From: Octopus vulgaris
Lineage: Eukaryota
Direction of reading: 5' to 3'
Length of the DNA stretch: 64,000 bases
NCBI GenBank assembly: GCA_951406725.2
Contig: OX597836.1
Coordinates: 33,480,001-33,544,000, forward strand
Position numbers and translations under genes: made by a program. The notes under the pieces were generated by a model. It did not search any database and had not been told where the DNA came from. It saw only the letters and a program-made list of their open reading frames with translations. Shown here in pieces: positions 39,851 to 53,740 of the stretch. The first letter of the stretch is position 1; every line of letters starts with the position of its first letter.

Positions 39851-41265
39851 CCCGAAGTACCTGTCCAGGTACTTAGAGGTTCGGTAAAAGGGAATGATAG
39901 AATAGGCACCAGGCTTCAAAGAAAAACCAAAGGTACCAGAATAAATTCATTGGACTAAAAATTCTTCACAGCTTGGCCCTAGCAGAACTGCAATCTAAAG
40001 GCTAAAACAAGTAAAAGATAAGATTATTTATATATATATATATTGAAAGAAGCCCATTGTATATGTGTGTGTGTGTGTGTCTGTCTGTCTGTCCCCCTGC
40101 CGTCGCTTGACAACCAATGCTGGTGTATTTATGTTTCCATAACTTAGCGGTTCAGGAAAAGAGACAAATAGATTAAGTACTAGGCTTACAAAGAATAAGT
40201 TCTGGGGTCAATTTCTTCCACTAAAACCCTTTAAGGAAGTGCACCAGCCATCCCACAGTCAAACAAGTCTGAAACAAGAATATACATAAAATAGTCCGTT
40301 TCCTTATTTGTTTTTATGTTTTCATTTCTCGTTGTGTTCTACGTTTATTTGTGGTGTCCTGTACTCATATATATATATGTGCATGTATATATATATATAT
40401 ATACATATAGATGTAGGTATTTATGCATATATTTTATTTTATTTATTAAATTGTTATTATATGACTGAGCGCCTCGCGTCGTTTCGTTTCTTATCCTCCA
40501 AGTAAGTTTATATATATATATATATATGTATGTATTGTTGTGCATGTATACATATACACACACATGTATGTATCGGTGTGAGTGTATACATACATATACA
40601 CACATGTATATATATATATACATATATATATACACACACACATGCATATATATATATACATACACATATATACACACACACACACATACACATATGTATC
40701 ATGTAAACAATGGGACATAGGAAAAGAAGTCAAGAACTATATATTCAAATATATATATCCATATCAAAATACTCAAATCTATGCTTAGCCTGTGTTTCAC
40801 TGTTGTGCACATCAGTGGGAGAAAAGGCTGTATTTAGAGATCCTGTTTCTTCTATATATACACACACAAACACATATATATATATACACACACACATATA
40901 TAGCCATCCATCATAGTTATTACGAAATGCAAATATCACAAAATAGAAGCAAAACAAATAGAAATGAATATACTGACTGCCACGTTAAAAATAACTGTAC
41001 TGTGTGGAACAGGTGTAGCTGTATGTTCAAGGAGCTCATTTCATAGCCGCAAGGTTTGAGGTTCGATCCCAGCGCATGGCACCTTGGGGAAGTGTCTTCT
41101 ACTATAGCTTCAGGCTAACCAAAGCTTTGAGTGGATTTGGTAGATGGAAACTGAAAGAAGCCCATCATATAGTATATGTGAGGGTCTCTTCTAAGGGATA
41201 AATAGATTTCCCATGGATAGAGGAGGCCCCCCCAAAAACCCATTTCATAATACAGAGTCCTATCT

Positions 41266-41498
41266 TATTTCTTTACTGCCCACAAGGGGCTAAATATAGA
41301 GTGTACAAACAACGACAGACAAATGGATAAAGTCGATTACATTGACCCCAGTGCGGAACTGGTACTTAATTTATTGATCCCAAAAAGATGAAAGGCAAAG
41401 TCGACCTTGGTGGAATTTGAACTCAGAACGTAATGGCAGACTAAATACCGTTAAGAATTTCACCCAGCACACTAACATTTCTGCCAGCTCGCCTCCTT
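41266..41498 (-). mobile_element. Full-length SINE-B with 11-bp target-site duplication, inside a degenerate ~60-70-bp minisatellite (41178-41680)
   Basis: GAGTCCTATCT at 41255-41265 and 41499-41509; flanking GTGAGGGTC..CTA.GGGATA units. Confidence 0.87.
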
Positions 41499-42026
41499 GA
41501 GTCCTATCTATGTTAAAGAGATTTCCCAGAGGTAGACAAGCTCCCTGAAGTCCATCATACAGTGCCTGTGAGGGTCCCATCTAGGGGATAGATTTTCCAT
41601 TGATAGAAGCCCCTCGTACAATACCTGTGAGGGTCCCTTCTATGGGATAAATAAATTTCCCATGGGCAGAGGAGATTCCTGTTATTTTTTGACAAAACCG
41701 TGGGCAAGGCAGCTCTTCTAAGAGAATGATACTCCGACATAAAACTTTCTGTGAATATAGTGCCAGTCTTCCTGCGATGCTTGTGACTGGAACCTAGCAT
41801 GGCAACCGAGAGAGTGGCAAAAGTGTTGTACAAGTTTTTGTCACTTAAATGCAACGACATATAGATGTTTCACTATCATTTATTTCATTTCTTGATTTGT
41901 TTTCTATTTTATGGATGTGTGACGTGAAAAACTCATAACCACACACACGTGGATGAAAGAAAATCAGAACAATCAGGTTGAAAGTGAGACAGATATCATG
42001 ACATAAACACAGAAACACACACAGAC

Positions 42027-42790
42027 GTTCATATATATGATGGGCTTCCACACAGTTTCCATCTCTCAGGTTCTCTCACAAGGCATTGGTGAACCAGGGG
42101 CCATAGAAAAAGACACTTGCCCAAGGTGCCATGCAGTGGGATTGAACCTGAAACTATATGGCCATGCCTGCACCTAACACATGTTCATATATGATGGGCT
42201 TCCACACAGTTTCCATCTCTCAGATTCTCTCACAAGGCATTGGTGAACCAGGGGCCATAGTAGAAGACACTTGCCTAAGGTGCCATGCAGTGGGACTGAA
42301 CCTGAAACCACATGGCCATGCTTGCACCTACCACACATTCATACATCATGGGCTTCCACATAGTTTCCATCTCCCAGATTCTCTCACAAGGCATTGGTGA
42401 ACCAGGGGCCATAGTAGAAAACACTTGCCCAAGGTACCATGCAGTAGAACTGAACTTGAAACTATATGGCTATGCCTGCACCTAACACACGTTCATACAT
42501 GATGGGCTTCCACACAGTTTCCATCTCTCAGATTCTCTCACAAGGCATTGGTGAACCAGGGGCCATAGTAGAAGACACTTGCCCAAGGTGCCATGCAGTA
42601 GGACTGAACCTGAAACCACATGATCATGCCTACACCTACCACACATTCATATATGATGGACTTCCACATAGCTTCCATCTCCCAAATTCTCTAACAAGGC
42701 ACTGGTGAACCAGGGGCCATAGAACAAGACACTTACCCAAGGTGCCATACTGGGTTTGAACCCAGAACCATACGGCCATGCCTTCACCTA
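42027..42790 (-). repeat. 154-bp tandem array (five units) derived from the SINE-A 5' half
   Basis: TGG.CTTCCA at 42041, 42195, 42349, 42503, 42657. Confidence 0.93.
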
Positions 42791-42864
42791 CTCTACATGA
42801 ATTTATTGAACACTGATACAAAGCATTCCTTGAAAATATATATTGATTAATTTTGAGAAATATC

Positions 42865-43180
42865 TATCTTTTATCTTTTACTTTCTTCAGTCACTGGACT
42901 TTGGCCATGCTGGGGCATCACCTTGAAGAATTTTTAGCCAAATACATTGACTCCAGTACGTTTTTTTAACTGTGGTACTTATTCTATCAATCTCTCTAGC
43001 CAAACTACTAAATTATGGGGGACATAAACGCACCAACATCACTTGTCTAGCAGTGGTGGGGGACAAACACAGGTACAAAGACACAGATACATAAATGCCA
43101 AAACTATTCTTGACACCAAGCTTCCTGATGATTTCATTTGAATGAAACAGTTCTAGTCCTGTAGAAGCTCCTTCTATAAA

Positions 43181-43239
<59 letters not shown>

Positions 43240-43400
43240 TTGGGCTTCTTTCAGTTTCTATCTACTAAATCCCCTTGCAAGATTTTGGTGAGCCTGAGGC
43301 TATAGCAGAAAACACTTGCTGAAGGTGCTATGCAGTAGAACTGAACCTAGAACCAAGTGGTTGGGAAGCAAGCTACTTACCACACAGCCATGCCTTCGCC
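42865..43400 (-). mobile_element. SINE-A interrupted at its central microsatellite by a hammerhead-bearing fragment
   Basis: 3' half 42865-43090 and 5' half 43240-43400. Confidence 0.8.
43119..43169 (+). ncRNA. Type I hammerhead ribozyme motif
   Basis: AGCUUC-CUGAUGA-U(UUC AUUU GAA)U-GAAA-CAG(UUCUAGUC)CUG-UA-GAAGCU: 6-bp stem I, GUA cleavage triplet ending at 43163. Confidence 0.8.
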
Positions 43401-44281
43401 CATCTTTCGGGATCGATTAAAAAGTACCAGTTACGCACTGGAGTTGATGTAATCGACTTAATCCCTTGTTTGTCCTCTCTAAGTTTAGCCCCTTTTGGGC
43501 AATAAAGAAATAAGAAATGTTATGATTGGAATGTTAGGAAATGAAATGCAAGACGTAGAAAGAACTTTTCCTTTGGGTTTCTTCCCTATTTGCAGAACAA
43601 ATACAACCTTTACGAACCCTGGTCTGAGCAACCCCCATCACTGTATCATCCTATGAAAGTAAAGATGCATTGGAAATAAAAGGGAGAAACGAAGTTATAT
43701 GGCATCAGTTTGACTGCAGGACCTGTGACCATTAGACGAGAAACCAGCAATTGAAAGACATTTGTTGTGCGAGCAGGCCGGACCTGATGATTATCACAGC
43801 TTCCAAGTCCAACTCCACCACCAGTTCCTCTCCACGCACCTTCATTAATGTATAACTTTATTCATGTTATGTTCCAATCGACATCAGTAAACCAGTCAAT
43901 CGTGTCTCCTCCGCTGTACATTCATCTTCACACTCTGCTGCCTTCTTCCATTAACCACGTCATGCTCTGTAACCCACAGCACATAGATTGACGGCTGCCT
44001 CCGTATCAGTAGAGATGCCAATCCAATCCACATCCAATCGTACATGTACGTCTTTCCTCTCCTCCACTCCACCCGCCTCTAACATCCTCTGTACTCATTC
44101 ACCCCTTCATCTTCTACCCAACCATATGATGTTTTACAGTTTTACTCCGGGTCAGCGTTTTGCTATTGGATAATATTTCAGATTCTTTTGTGTGTGTGTC
44201 CATATATAGATATATATTTATGAGTGTGTGTGTATGTTTGTATGTATATGTATATATAGATTATATATTTATGAGTGTGTG

Positions 44282-44325
<44 letters not shown>

Positions 44326-44867
44326 TGTTTGTGTATGTGTGTATTTAAAATATGTATCTATGAGGAACACGTGCTTGAAAATTTGCACATCTATATACAT
44401 ATCTCTATATGGGTAAATATCCATATATATATATGTGGGTTACGCATGCACATGAATACATGCACACACACACAAGACAGACTTGTAGATATGTCTTTTT
44501 AAAAAACAAGTCCAGAGTTGTTTGCTTAGAAGAAGCTTTCTTTCACTCTATGAATTTCTTGGTAACATGCAGAAGCATTTGTTATGGGAGTAGAAACTTT
44601 TGCCTTTTGTTCAAAATTTGGATCTTGTGCTTAAAATACAAAACTCATATACCCGTGGTCTCGTAAAGCAGTTCCTTGGAAAGTGAAGTATTATTGTATA
44701 TGCTTGTGTGCGTTTGCATATGCATATATATATGACTGTGTCTACATATATATACACATAGATACGATGGTGATGGCACAGGATGAAGAGGGTGATGATG
44801 ACAGTAACGATGAAAATGATGGTGGGGAAGGTAATGACGATGATGATTATAGTGAAGCTGATGGGGA

Positions 44868-44901
<34 letters not shown>

Positions 44902-47453
44902 GATGACGACAACAGAAAATAACCCCTGAAATGTCTGCGGTGCTACTTCCTCTTGTGCACAGAGGATCAAATGATTGAAATCGCCAAGTTAATTACAAAA
45001 GTGGTTGAGTATCTCTCATACACACATACCAAAAAAAAAATGCGTTTGGTGAGGTTAGTAGCATACACACACACACACAAACAAGTACGTATGTGCACAC
45101 ATGCATGTGTGTGTATGCATGTGTATCAATGACAGAATACGGCTGATTGAAAACACCTGAGCATCATAGGAAGATCTCGAGTATTTTATGTCAAGTAGGA
45201 ACCAGCAGTAAAAAACCGTTTAAAAAGAAAATATGCCAAAGTATGAGGTTAGCAAGTATCATGCGGGGAGGAGAAGTATACACGCAGTCATATAGTGCAA
45301 AGTAAAGTGATAAGAGAATGTTTTGCATTTTTTCTTTAATTTTGTTTTGTTTTTTTGAGGGGAGGGGGAATTCTAATTGAGCAATTGCAATTATAAACTG
45401 GCAGGGCATTGTCACTTTACCTCTATTCTTTAAGTGTTTCTAGATTTTGTATTATTTTGACTGGGTTCAAGAATTGTTGGCACGCTGGACGAAATGCTTG
45501 GCGGTATTTTGCCCGTCACTATGTTCAGAGTTCAAATTCCGCCAAGGTCGACTTTGCCCTTCGTCTTTTCAGGGTCGATAAATTGAGTACCAGTGATACA
45601 CTGGGGTCAGTGTAAATGACTAGTCGCCTCCTGCCACAATTTCAGGCCTTGTGCCTTTAGTAGAAAGGATATATTACGACTGGGTTCCATTCTGGAGAAC
45701 CCCTAAAGGCAATTGGTGGAGAGGAGGATTGAGCCAAACCATCTTCTGGCAGCCCCTGGTGTGGAGAGAAAACTTCCATCGACCGTGTCCCCAGGCAGCA
45801 GCAAATATGGAGAAGGTCTTCAGATATGAAGGTTAGCTGTAAATATAGAAACAAACAATCCCCGACCAAAAACACCTAGAGGGAGGCTTTAATGTGCATG
45901 GTCAACCAGCTAGAAACAGCAGCCAAATCTCATTCGAGTCACACATAGAGGAGTAAATCTCAATGATAAAAAAAACCCAGGCTTGGATTGTGAGAAGTTG
46001 TTTTGCAGTGGGACACATGCTTCAACAAATTGATCCATGATAGCACCCTGTTTACTCGTAAATCACACTGTACCATCATATGAAAGTAAAGATGTATAAG
46101 AAATAAAAGAGAGAAAGAAGGCTATATGATTAGTTTTGGATTTGCTTTGCAAAATTCTTGATATGAATCTGTGTTGATACGGATTGTGTAGTGTCTGAGA
46201 ATTGTCACATATGCACAAACACATACATACTCTCTCTTTCTTTCGCTCTCCTTCCCTTTCTCGCATACATTCTCACTTGTCTCCATGCAATTATTTTAAT
46301 AAAGAACCCCCCAAAAAACGAGGTGGCAAACAGACAGACAAACCTGCAGCTGACCAGAAGGGGAAAAAGTTATGTCACTGAAGAGGCTAAAAATGGTGAT
46401 GAAAGGGCTTTGACAAACATAATTGGTTGATTGATTAACCAAACGATTAATTAAATAATCACTTAGCTAACTGATTAAATTATTTACCAATTGACGAGGT
46501 AATAAAAAGTTCAACAGAACCAGTGTTTATGCAAAACCAGTGTACATGCAAAAGAACCACTACTGAGTGCAACAGCCTAAGCCCTTGTCAGAACCAGTGT
46601 ACATGCAAAAAGATCTCTCAATTCAATCACTCAACTGCCACAACCCATTGATGTAGTTATGATGCAAGTAGTTAAGAGGCAAGTAAATGGCACGACTAAA
46701 AGCTTAGTTCTCGTGGGTTGGAGAGGGTACACCAAATCGGTGACTGGCACGAATAAGGCCATCAAAAACTGCAGTGTAATTAGAGGCAATAAAAGTTAAG
46801 ACTTTGCTGAGACAAATAAAGGCCACAGCAATAAAGCCTAGCCTTTGCAGGTCAGAGAAGGCACCAAATTGGGACTGGCACAAGTAAAAAAGGATAAAGA
46901 CTCACTTTGGTCATGAATGACCATGAAATTGCACCGAGAAAGTTCCCCTTTGAGGCACAAGTCCAGACAAGTTTGTTTATGGAAGGCAACCAGTTGACCA
47001 TGCATACTAGACTCTCCTCTCCACATCGCCGATGTTATCCAAAGGAAAGGCAAAGGGGCCGATACAACTTGGCACCAGTGATGTCGCAATTCCAGTCTTC
47101 TACAGCTGAGTGAACTGCAGCAATGTGAAATAAAGTATCTTGCTCAAGAACGCAACACGCAGCCTGGTCCTGGAATTGAACTCAGTACCTCATGATTGTG
47201 AGCCTCACACTCTAACCACTGAGCCACGGTGCAAGTAAGACCACCAAAAACTGCAAAATGGTTGAAAGCAATAAAAAAAAAATGGTAAAACATATTCTTA
47301 AAACAAAAAATCAATAAAAAAAAAATAGGAAGGACAGACACAAAAATAATTAAATTAATAAACTCCAATGGTATTTAGAAATTGCAAGTTCGGAGTTGAT
47401 GTTTTTGTTCATATATTCTTTTTAAATTAAAATTTTTTTTTTTTTTGTAATTT

Positions 47454-47488
<35 letters not shown>

Positions 47489-48822
47489 GCACATGAGCAA
47501 TTTTAATAAACAACATTTGAAAAACTTAGCACATCCTCCCACTGCCACCCTGTTCCCCACCCTCACAAGAAAACAGCAACAGCAGGAAGTAAAGAAAGAA
47601 AGAGAGAGAGAGGGGGAAGGAGAGTGAGGGAGGGAGGTGGTGGTGGTGGTGACGGTTGATGGGTGTATACAGTGATCAGAGTCAGGAATGAGTAAGGGGT
47701 GGGGGTTGTGTGTGCGAGATGAGAAAAAAATCTTTGAATAATTGTACTGAGGAAATTACTTATTTACTGTAATATACACCATATGGTATATAAAATATAT
47801 GTGTGTGTGTATGTGTGTGTATATATATATATATACACAAGCAAAGAAATGTACATGCATACCATTTGTACATTACCATTGGAAGTCTTTCTCTCTCACT
47901 ATCAATAAATATACATACATACATACATATATATATATATATACATACATACATACATACATGCACACACATAGATATATTTATATATTTACTCACATAT
48001 ATTTAAATATATATATATATATACACACACACATACATACATACATGCACATCTATCTGCAAGTTTTTTTTTCGACACAGGACAAGGTATTTATATATCA
48101 ATGGAAATAGATGGCTTCGTTATGTGTGTGTGTGTGTGTGTGTGCATGTTTGTGTGTCTGCATGTTGGTGTGTGTGTGCATGTTGGTGTGTGTGTATGTG
48201 GTGTGTGTGTATGTTGGTGTGTGTGCATGTTGGTGTGTGTGCATGTTGGTGTGTGTGCATGTTGGTGTGTGTGTATGTTGGTGTGTGTGTATGTTGGTGT
48301 GTGTGTGTTGTTTGTGTGTGTGTTGTATGTGTATGTTTTTGTGTGTGTTTGTATGTTTGTGTGTGTGCACGTGCACGTGTATATGTGAAGGTGCAGGGAC
48401 AAGGGCTTAAGCAGTTGCACTCATGATTGCGAGATGGTGACTTCAATTCCCAGACCAGATCTGCTTTGGGTTTTTGAGCAAAACACTTCCTTTCACATTG
48501 CTCAAGACCACTCACCTGTAAATAGCTAATGCTCCAACAGACTGGCATTCCCCTTCTCTGCTCTCTATCTGTCTCTCTCTACCCTCTACCACTTTTCTTC
48601 CTCCTACTACTGACACATGGCCACCATCATCTTTTATTCTCTTTCTCCTTTCCTTTCTTCTGTCTGGGCCTATGGCTGCATTCTATTTGTTTCAGTTTCT
48701 TTATTTTTTTATTTTATCTAGTTTCAGCTCACGGGGTGTGGCCATGCTGGGGCACATGTTCACATTTTGTCTTGTAGCCATGTTAGGAGGGACAAACACA
48801 CACACAAACACACACACACACA

Positions 48823-48855
<33 letters not shown>

Positions 48856-49039
48856 GATGGGCTTCTTTTGGTTTCCATCTACCAAATCCACTCACAAGGC
48901 TTTGGTCGGCCCGAAGCTGTAGTAGAAGACACTTGCCCAAGGTGCCATGCAATGGGACTGAACCCGTAAATCGTGTGCTTCAAAAGTAAGCTACTTACCA
49001 CACAGCCACTCCTATGCCTATATATATTTACGCCATACA

Positions 49040-49400
49040 TATTTTATGGTTTCATGCAAAAGCCAATCCTGTGGTTTGATGCCCCACATCATACCATGCT
49101 GGATATAGAACTGAAGTGGATATAGGACTGAAATGTGGGACATACGACTGAGCCTAAACTGCGGTCGCATATTGAGCTTAGCACTGTGTGTATGCGTATC
49201 TCTCTCTATATCTATAAGTGTGTGAGTGTATATGTGTGTAAACTGCAGAAAATATTCATGGCATTTTATAGTGTCTTACATTAGCCAATCCCTGTCGTTT
49301 GATGACCTGCATACCACACTGGACATGGGAATGAAATGCGGGTCATGCGACTGAGCCTAAACTTAGGTGGCATGTTGAGCTTAGCACTGTGTGTATGTGT
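49040..49400 (+). repeat. Diverged local duplication, two ~150-bp copies
   Basis: AGCCAATCC..CGACTGAGCCTAAACT..TTGAGCTTAGCACTGTGTG occurs twice. Confidence 0.75.
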
Positions 49401-49779
49401 GTATTCATATATATTTCTGCATAACACTTCATGTTGAGAAAAATCGAAAGTGGACAAACTGAAACTTTTAAGATTTTTGTGGCAGAGCTTTCAGATACTT
49501 AGTTCTTTCTTTACAGATTCTGTCGGTCTCTTTTGCTGAACTGCTAAGTAGTTATGGGGATGTAAACACACCAACACCAGTAGTCAACCGATAATGGGGG
49601 ACAAACACAGACATAGACACACACAAGAATATATATATATCGAAATTGCTAAGATGATCTGGTTCTTGACTGATGACTGAGGGCTTCGAATGTCCCGTCC
49701 TGTGGTTCTTGTGTCGTCTCTGTGGCGTTTCATGTTCTTGTCCATGTCTGTAATTATTTTTACTGTTTACCTATATATA

Positions 49780-49843
<64 letters not shown>

Positions 49844-49954
49844 TAGATATACATAAACACACACATATACATACATATATATATATACATACATATGTAT
49901 ATACATATACATACATACATATGTATATAAATATACTTATGTACATACATATAC

Positions 49955-49992
<38 letters not shown>

Positions 49993-50002
49993 ACACATAC
50001 AT

Positions 50003-50400
50003 AGGCGCAGGAGTGGCTGTGTGGTAAGTAGCTTGCTAACCAACCACATGGTTCTGGGTTCAGTCCCACTGCGTGGCATCTTGGGCAAGTGTCTTCTGCT
50101 ATAGCCCCGGGCCGACCAATGCCTTGTGAGTGGATTTGGTAGACGGAAACTGAAAGAAGCTTGTTGTATATATATATATATATATGTGTATGTGTTTGTC
50201 CCCCTAGCATTGCTTGACAACCGATGCTGGTGTGTTTGCGTCCCCGTCACTTAGTGGTTCGGCAAAAGAGACCGATAGAATAAGTACTGGGCTTACAAAG
50301 AATAAGTCCCGGGGTCGATTTGCTCGACTAAAGGCGGTGCTCCAGCATGGCCGCAGTCAAATGACTGAAACAAGTAAAAGAGTAAAAGAGAGTAAAGAGT
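50003..50400 (+). mobile_element. SINE family A, young full-length copy
   Basis: Nearly identical to 24848-25257. Confidence 0.92.
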
Positions 50401-50454
50401 ATACATAGACATATATATAAACAGCCATATATACATACATATATATACATACAT

Positions 50455-50832
50455 ATGATGGCTGCCTCCTCATCTTTTAGTATGGCCATTGCATGAGGCT
50501 TAACTGTTAATGGTACCGTGATGAAATGTGACTTTTTAGCCCAGCTAAAGATCTACAATGACTTGTACAGAACTGGCAGCTAAAACCTTTACCGGTAATA
50601 GCCGGCTGTAGTTGAAACTGGGCTTCATGTACCTTTGCATGTCGTTTAAGTCCTTGTGCTGAATTACATTCTCTTCCACATGTCTGACAGATATGATTAG
50701 TATGCTGTGTAGCACCACTACCAGCGGCCTGGTTGTAAATCATCTGTCTCGCTTTATGACTACGAAGATGACTCTTGAGTCCAGCTTTACTGAGGCAGGG
50801 TCTTGCACAGACACTGCATGTCAGCGTCATAG
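50455..50832 (-). mobile_element. Probable RTE-clade LINE 3' fragment encoding three C2H2-like zinc fingers
   Basis: CSVC..SKAGLKSHLRSH, CQTC..SAQGLKRHAKVH, CQFC..SLAGLKSH; no TGEKP linkers; short 3' UTR ending GAGGAGGCAGCCATCAT. Confidence 0.65.
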
Positions 50833-50980
50833 ATCGCTAGCCACTACGCATTCTTTATTTTCTCTCCTTGTTTCTTTCTGTGGAAAGACTTCTTCGCTTC
50901 CCGAGCATTAAATTAAGACATCTGTTTGTTGTCTACACCACCTGATTTCGTTTTTTGTTTTGTTTTGGTGAATTCTCCCT

Positions 50981-51035
<55 letters not shown>

Positions 51036-51419
51036 CACACATACAGAAATATACACATATATATGCATACATATATATACATATATAAATATATACATAC
51101 ACATATATTTATAGATATATACACACACATATCTATATATATATACGCACACATATATATGCATATATATATATAAACATATATACATATATATATATAC
51201 ACATACATATATATATATATACATATATATACACATACATATACATATACATACACATACATATATATTCATATATATACACATACATATATATACATAT
51301 ATATACATATATATACATATATATACACATACATATATATACATATATATATATATATACACATACATGCATAGATGCATATATATAGATACACACATGC
51401 ATACATATATACATACATG

Positions 51420-51450
<31 letters not shown>

Positions 51451-52296
51451 ATATACACACATATGAGAAGTAACTCTGTAGTAACCTTACATCACTAAAT
51501 CAGTTGTTCAACCAAAGACACAACAATGCTAACTAGTGACTTTTTTTACCCACTCCCCCACCCACCCAACCCTTAATTTAAGAGACAGTATACAGAGAAC
51601 CCACAATGTGATGGTCGTAAATCCTCAACGCTCCCTGCCCCCCTCAACTTTCTCGCCTTTTCCTGGCTCTGCTTTCTACAGTATCTCTTGCACTCTATCT
51701 CACCATCTTATTGTCTATCATAATACACATGTGTGTATATATATATATATATATATATGGTTGTGTGTATGTGCATGTTGGCATATATGTGGTTATGTGC
51801 TTGTGTGTGTGCGGGTGCTTGTGTAAGCATATCGGTTTGTTATTCTTGATCAAATAATCAAAAACAGAAATAGAAAAAAATAAAGAAGAAAACAAAGCAT
51901 TTATTGTTCACAGGAGTCCATACATTTAGAATAGAATTAATCGCCAATATTACCACTGACTGGGACTTCAAAGTTTCATTTATAATGGTTTATATAAGCA
52001 TGTGTGTGTGCGTATTGTTTTATAGCTTTACTTGTTTAAGTCATTTGACTGTGGCCACGTTGGAGCACCGCCTTTAGTCGAACAAATTGACTTGAGGACA
52101 TATTCTTTTTAAGCCTAGTACTTATTTTATTGGTCAATTTTGCTGAACTGCCATGTCACGAGCAAGTAAATACGCAGACATTGGCTGTCAAGTGACATAC
52201 AAACGTATATATATATATAATATGGTCTTTTCCATACCGACAAATCTACTAGGTGAAATTGATTAATTTTATTAAATTAATTATATTCCACCCTTT

Positions 52297-52330
<34 letters not shown>

Positions 52331-52333
<3 letters not shown>

Positions 52334-52512
52334 GGAAAGTTTACGAAAATAAACAAAAGACAAAGACAGGTGGTGTACAAAACAAACAGATGTATTAGTA
52401 TAGCGCTCAGGAATAGAAAAAGTCTTTTACGTTTTGAGCCTATGCTCTTCTACAGAAAGGTACACAGAAAAAACAAGGAGAGAAAAAAATGTGTGTAGTG
52501 GCTAACGATTAT
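52331..52512 (-). mobile_element. Short Penelope-like island with a variant hammerhead (52424-52459)
   Basis: CUUU-CUGUAGA-A-GAGC(AUAG)GCUC-AAAA-CGU-A-AAAG; sibling at 50833-50980 on plus strand. Confidence 0.6.
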
Positions 52513-53705
52513 ACACACAACGAACCTCTTTCCACCTATCAGATCCACACACAAAGCCTTGGTTAGCCCGAGTCTAGAGAAGAAGACACTTGCCCAAGGT
52601 GTAACATAGTGGGACTGAACCCAGAACCATATGGTCAGGAAGCAAGTTTCTAACCTAGTAGACGACACTTGCCTAAGGTGCCATGTAGTGGAATAGAACC
52701 TGGAACCATGTGGTTGGGAAGCAAGCTTCTTACCACACAGCCACGCCTATGCTGCATGGCACCTTGTGACTTGACAATGAAAAAATATGAATTTTTTTTA
52801 CAGTAAAATAATATCTTAATCATTTAGAAATATTTTTAAGTGAATGTGATATCAAAAATATAAGCTGTTTGTACAGTAAGTATTTATATTTTAGCTTTCC
52901 TTAAACAGACAATATTTTAATGTTTTTTTAAAATCTTTTTCAAGTGAATATCATTACAAAAATATTCTTGAACTGACACGTCTACACACTCTCCTAAATA
53001 CTCACATACATATGTAAGTACGCGTATAGGCATGCACACATGTATGCGCACATACATACATACGCACATACATACATACATACATACATACATACATACA
53101 TACATACATACATACGCACATACATACACACACACATATACATCATGAACTAACTGTTACTTTCTCAGATGCAGCACGAAGCTTTGTCAGTGAACAGGTC
53201 GTGGTCTCAAAGTGATGAAAATATTTTGACAAATTAAATTTAAATGTTGATGTGAATCTAACAGTTTTGTGTGTTTCTTAAATGGCTTATAAACACCTTC
53301 CACGCTACAATTGTTAATATTCTTTGGATTATTTGAAAAATATTTTAAAGTGAAAATGACTTTAAAAATACACTAAATATTTCCTAAAAGACCTGTTTGT
53401 AACCTCTGTGTGAAATAGCAGCCAAATCTTTCCTAGTCTGGGGAAAGGAGCCATTTACTGTTATTTCAATGTCATATTTATTGAAAGCATGCGAAATAAC
53501 CTAAAGAAATCAAAAACCTACAAAACAAAAGTGAGATGCTGAGAAACTCAGAGCTTCCTGGTGACCCAACGGGTCATGGGTAGTCTAGTGTGTGTATATA
53601 CAGACATATAAAGTTAATCCAAACATGAAAACACAAAGAGAAAACACAACAACGCGAGGACATGGAACAAGTATAGTATTATTGGATGCTCAGAAAAGAA
53701 GGAGG

Positions 53706-53740
53706 GTTTAACGTTTCGAGCGGAGCTCTTCATCAGAAAC
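53706..53740 (-). ncRNA. Minimal type I hammerhead ribozyme motif within a ~200-bp repeat (53610-53810)
   Basis: GUUU-CUGAUGA-A-GAGC(UCC)GCUC-GAAA-CGU-U-AAAC; sibling repeat at 31365-31490. Confidence 0.78.

Noticed and set aside
43900-44150. Very old RTE-like RT remnant on the minus strand
   Set aside because: Only vague motif resemblance with several stops; cannot be supported by eye
44683-44922. Acidic D/G-rich ORF
   Set aside because: Translation of a degenerate (GAT)/(GGT) trinucleotide tract
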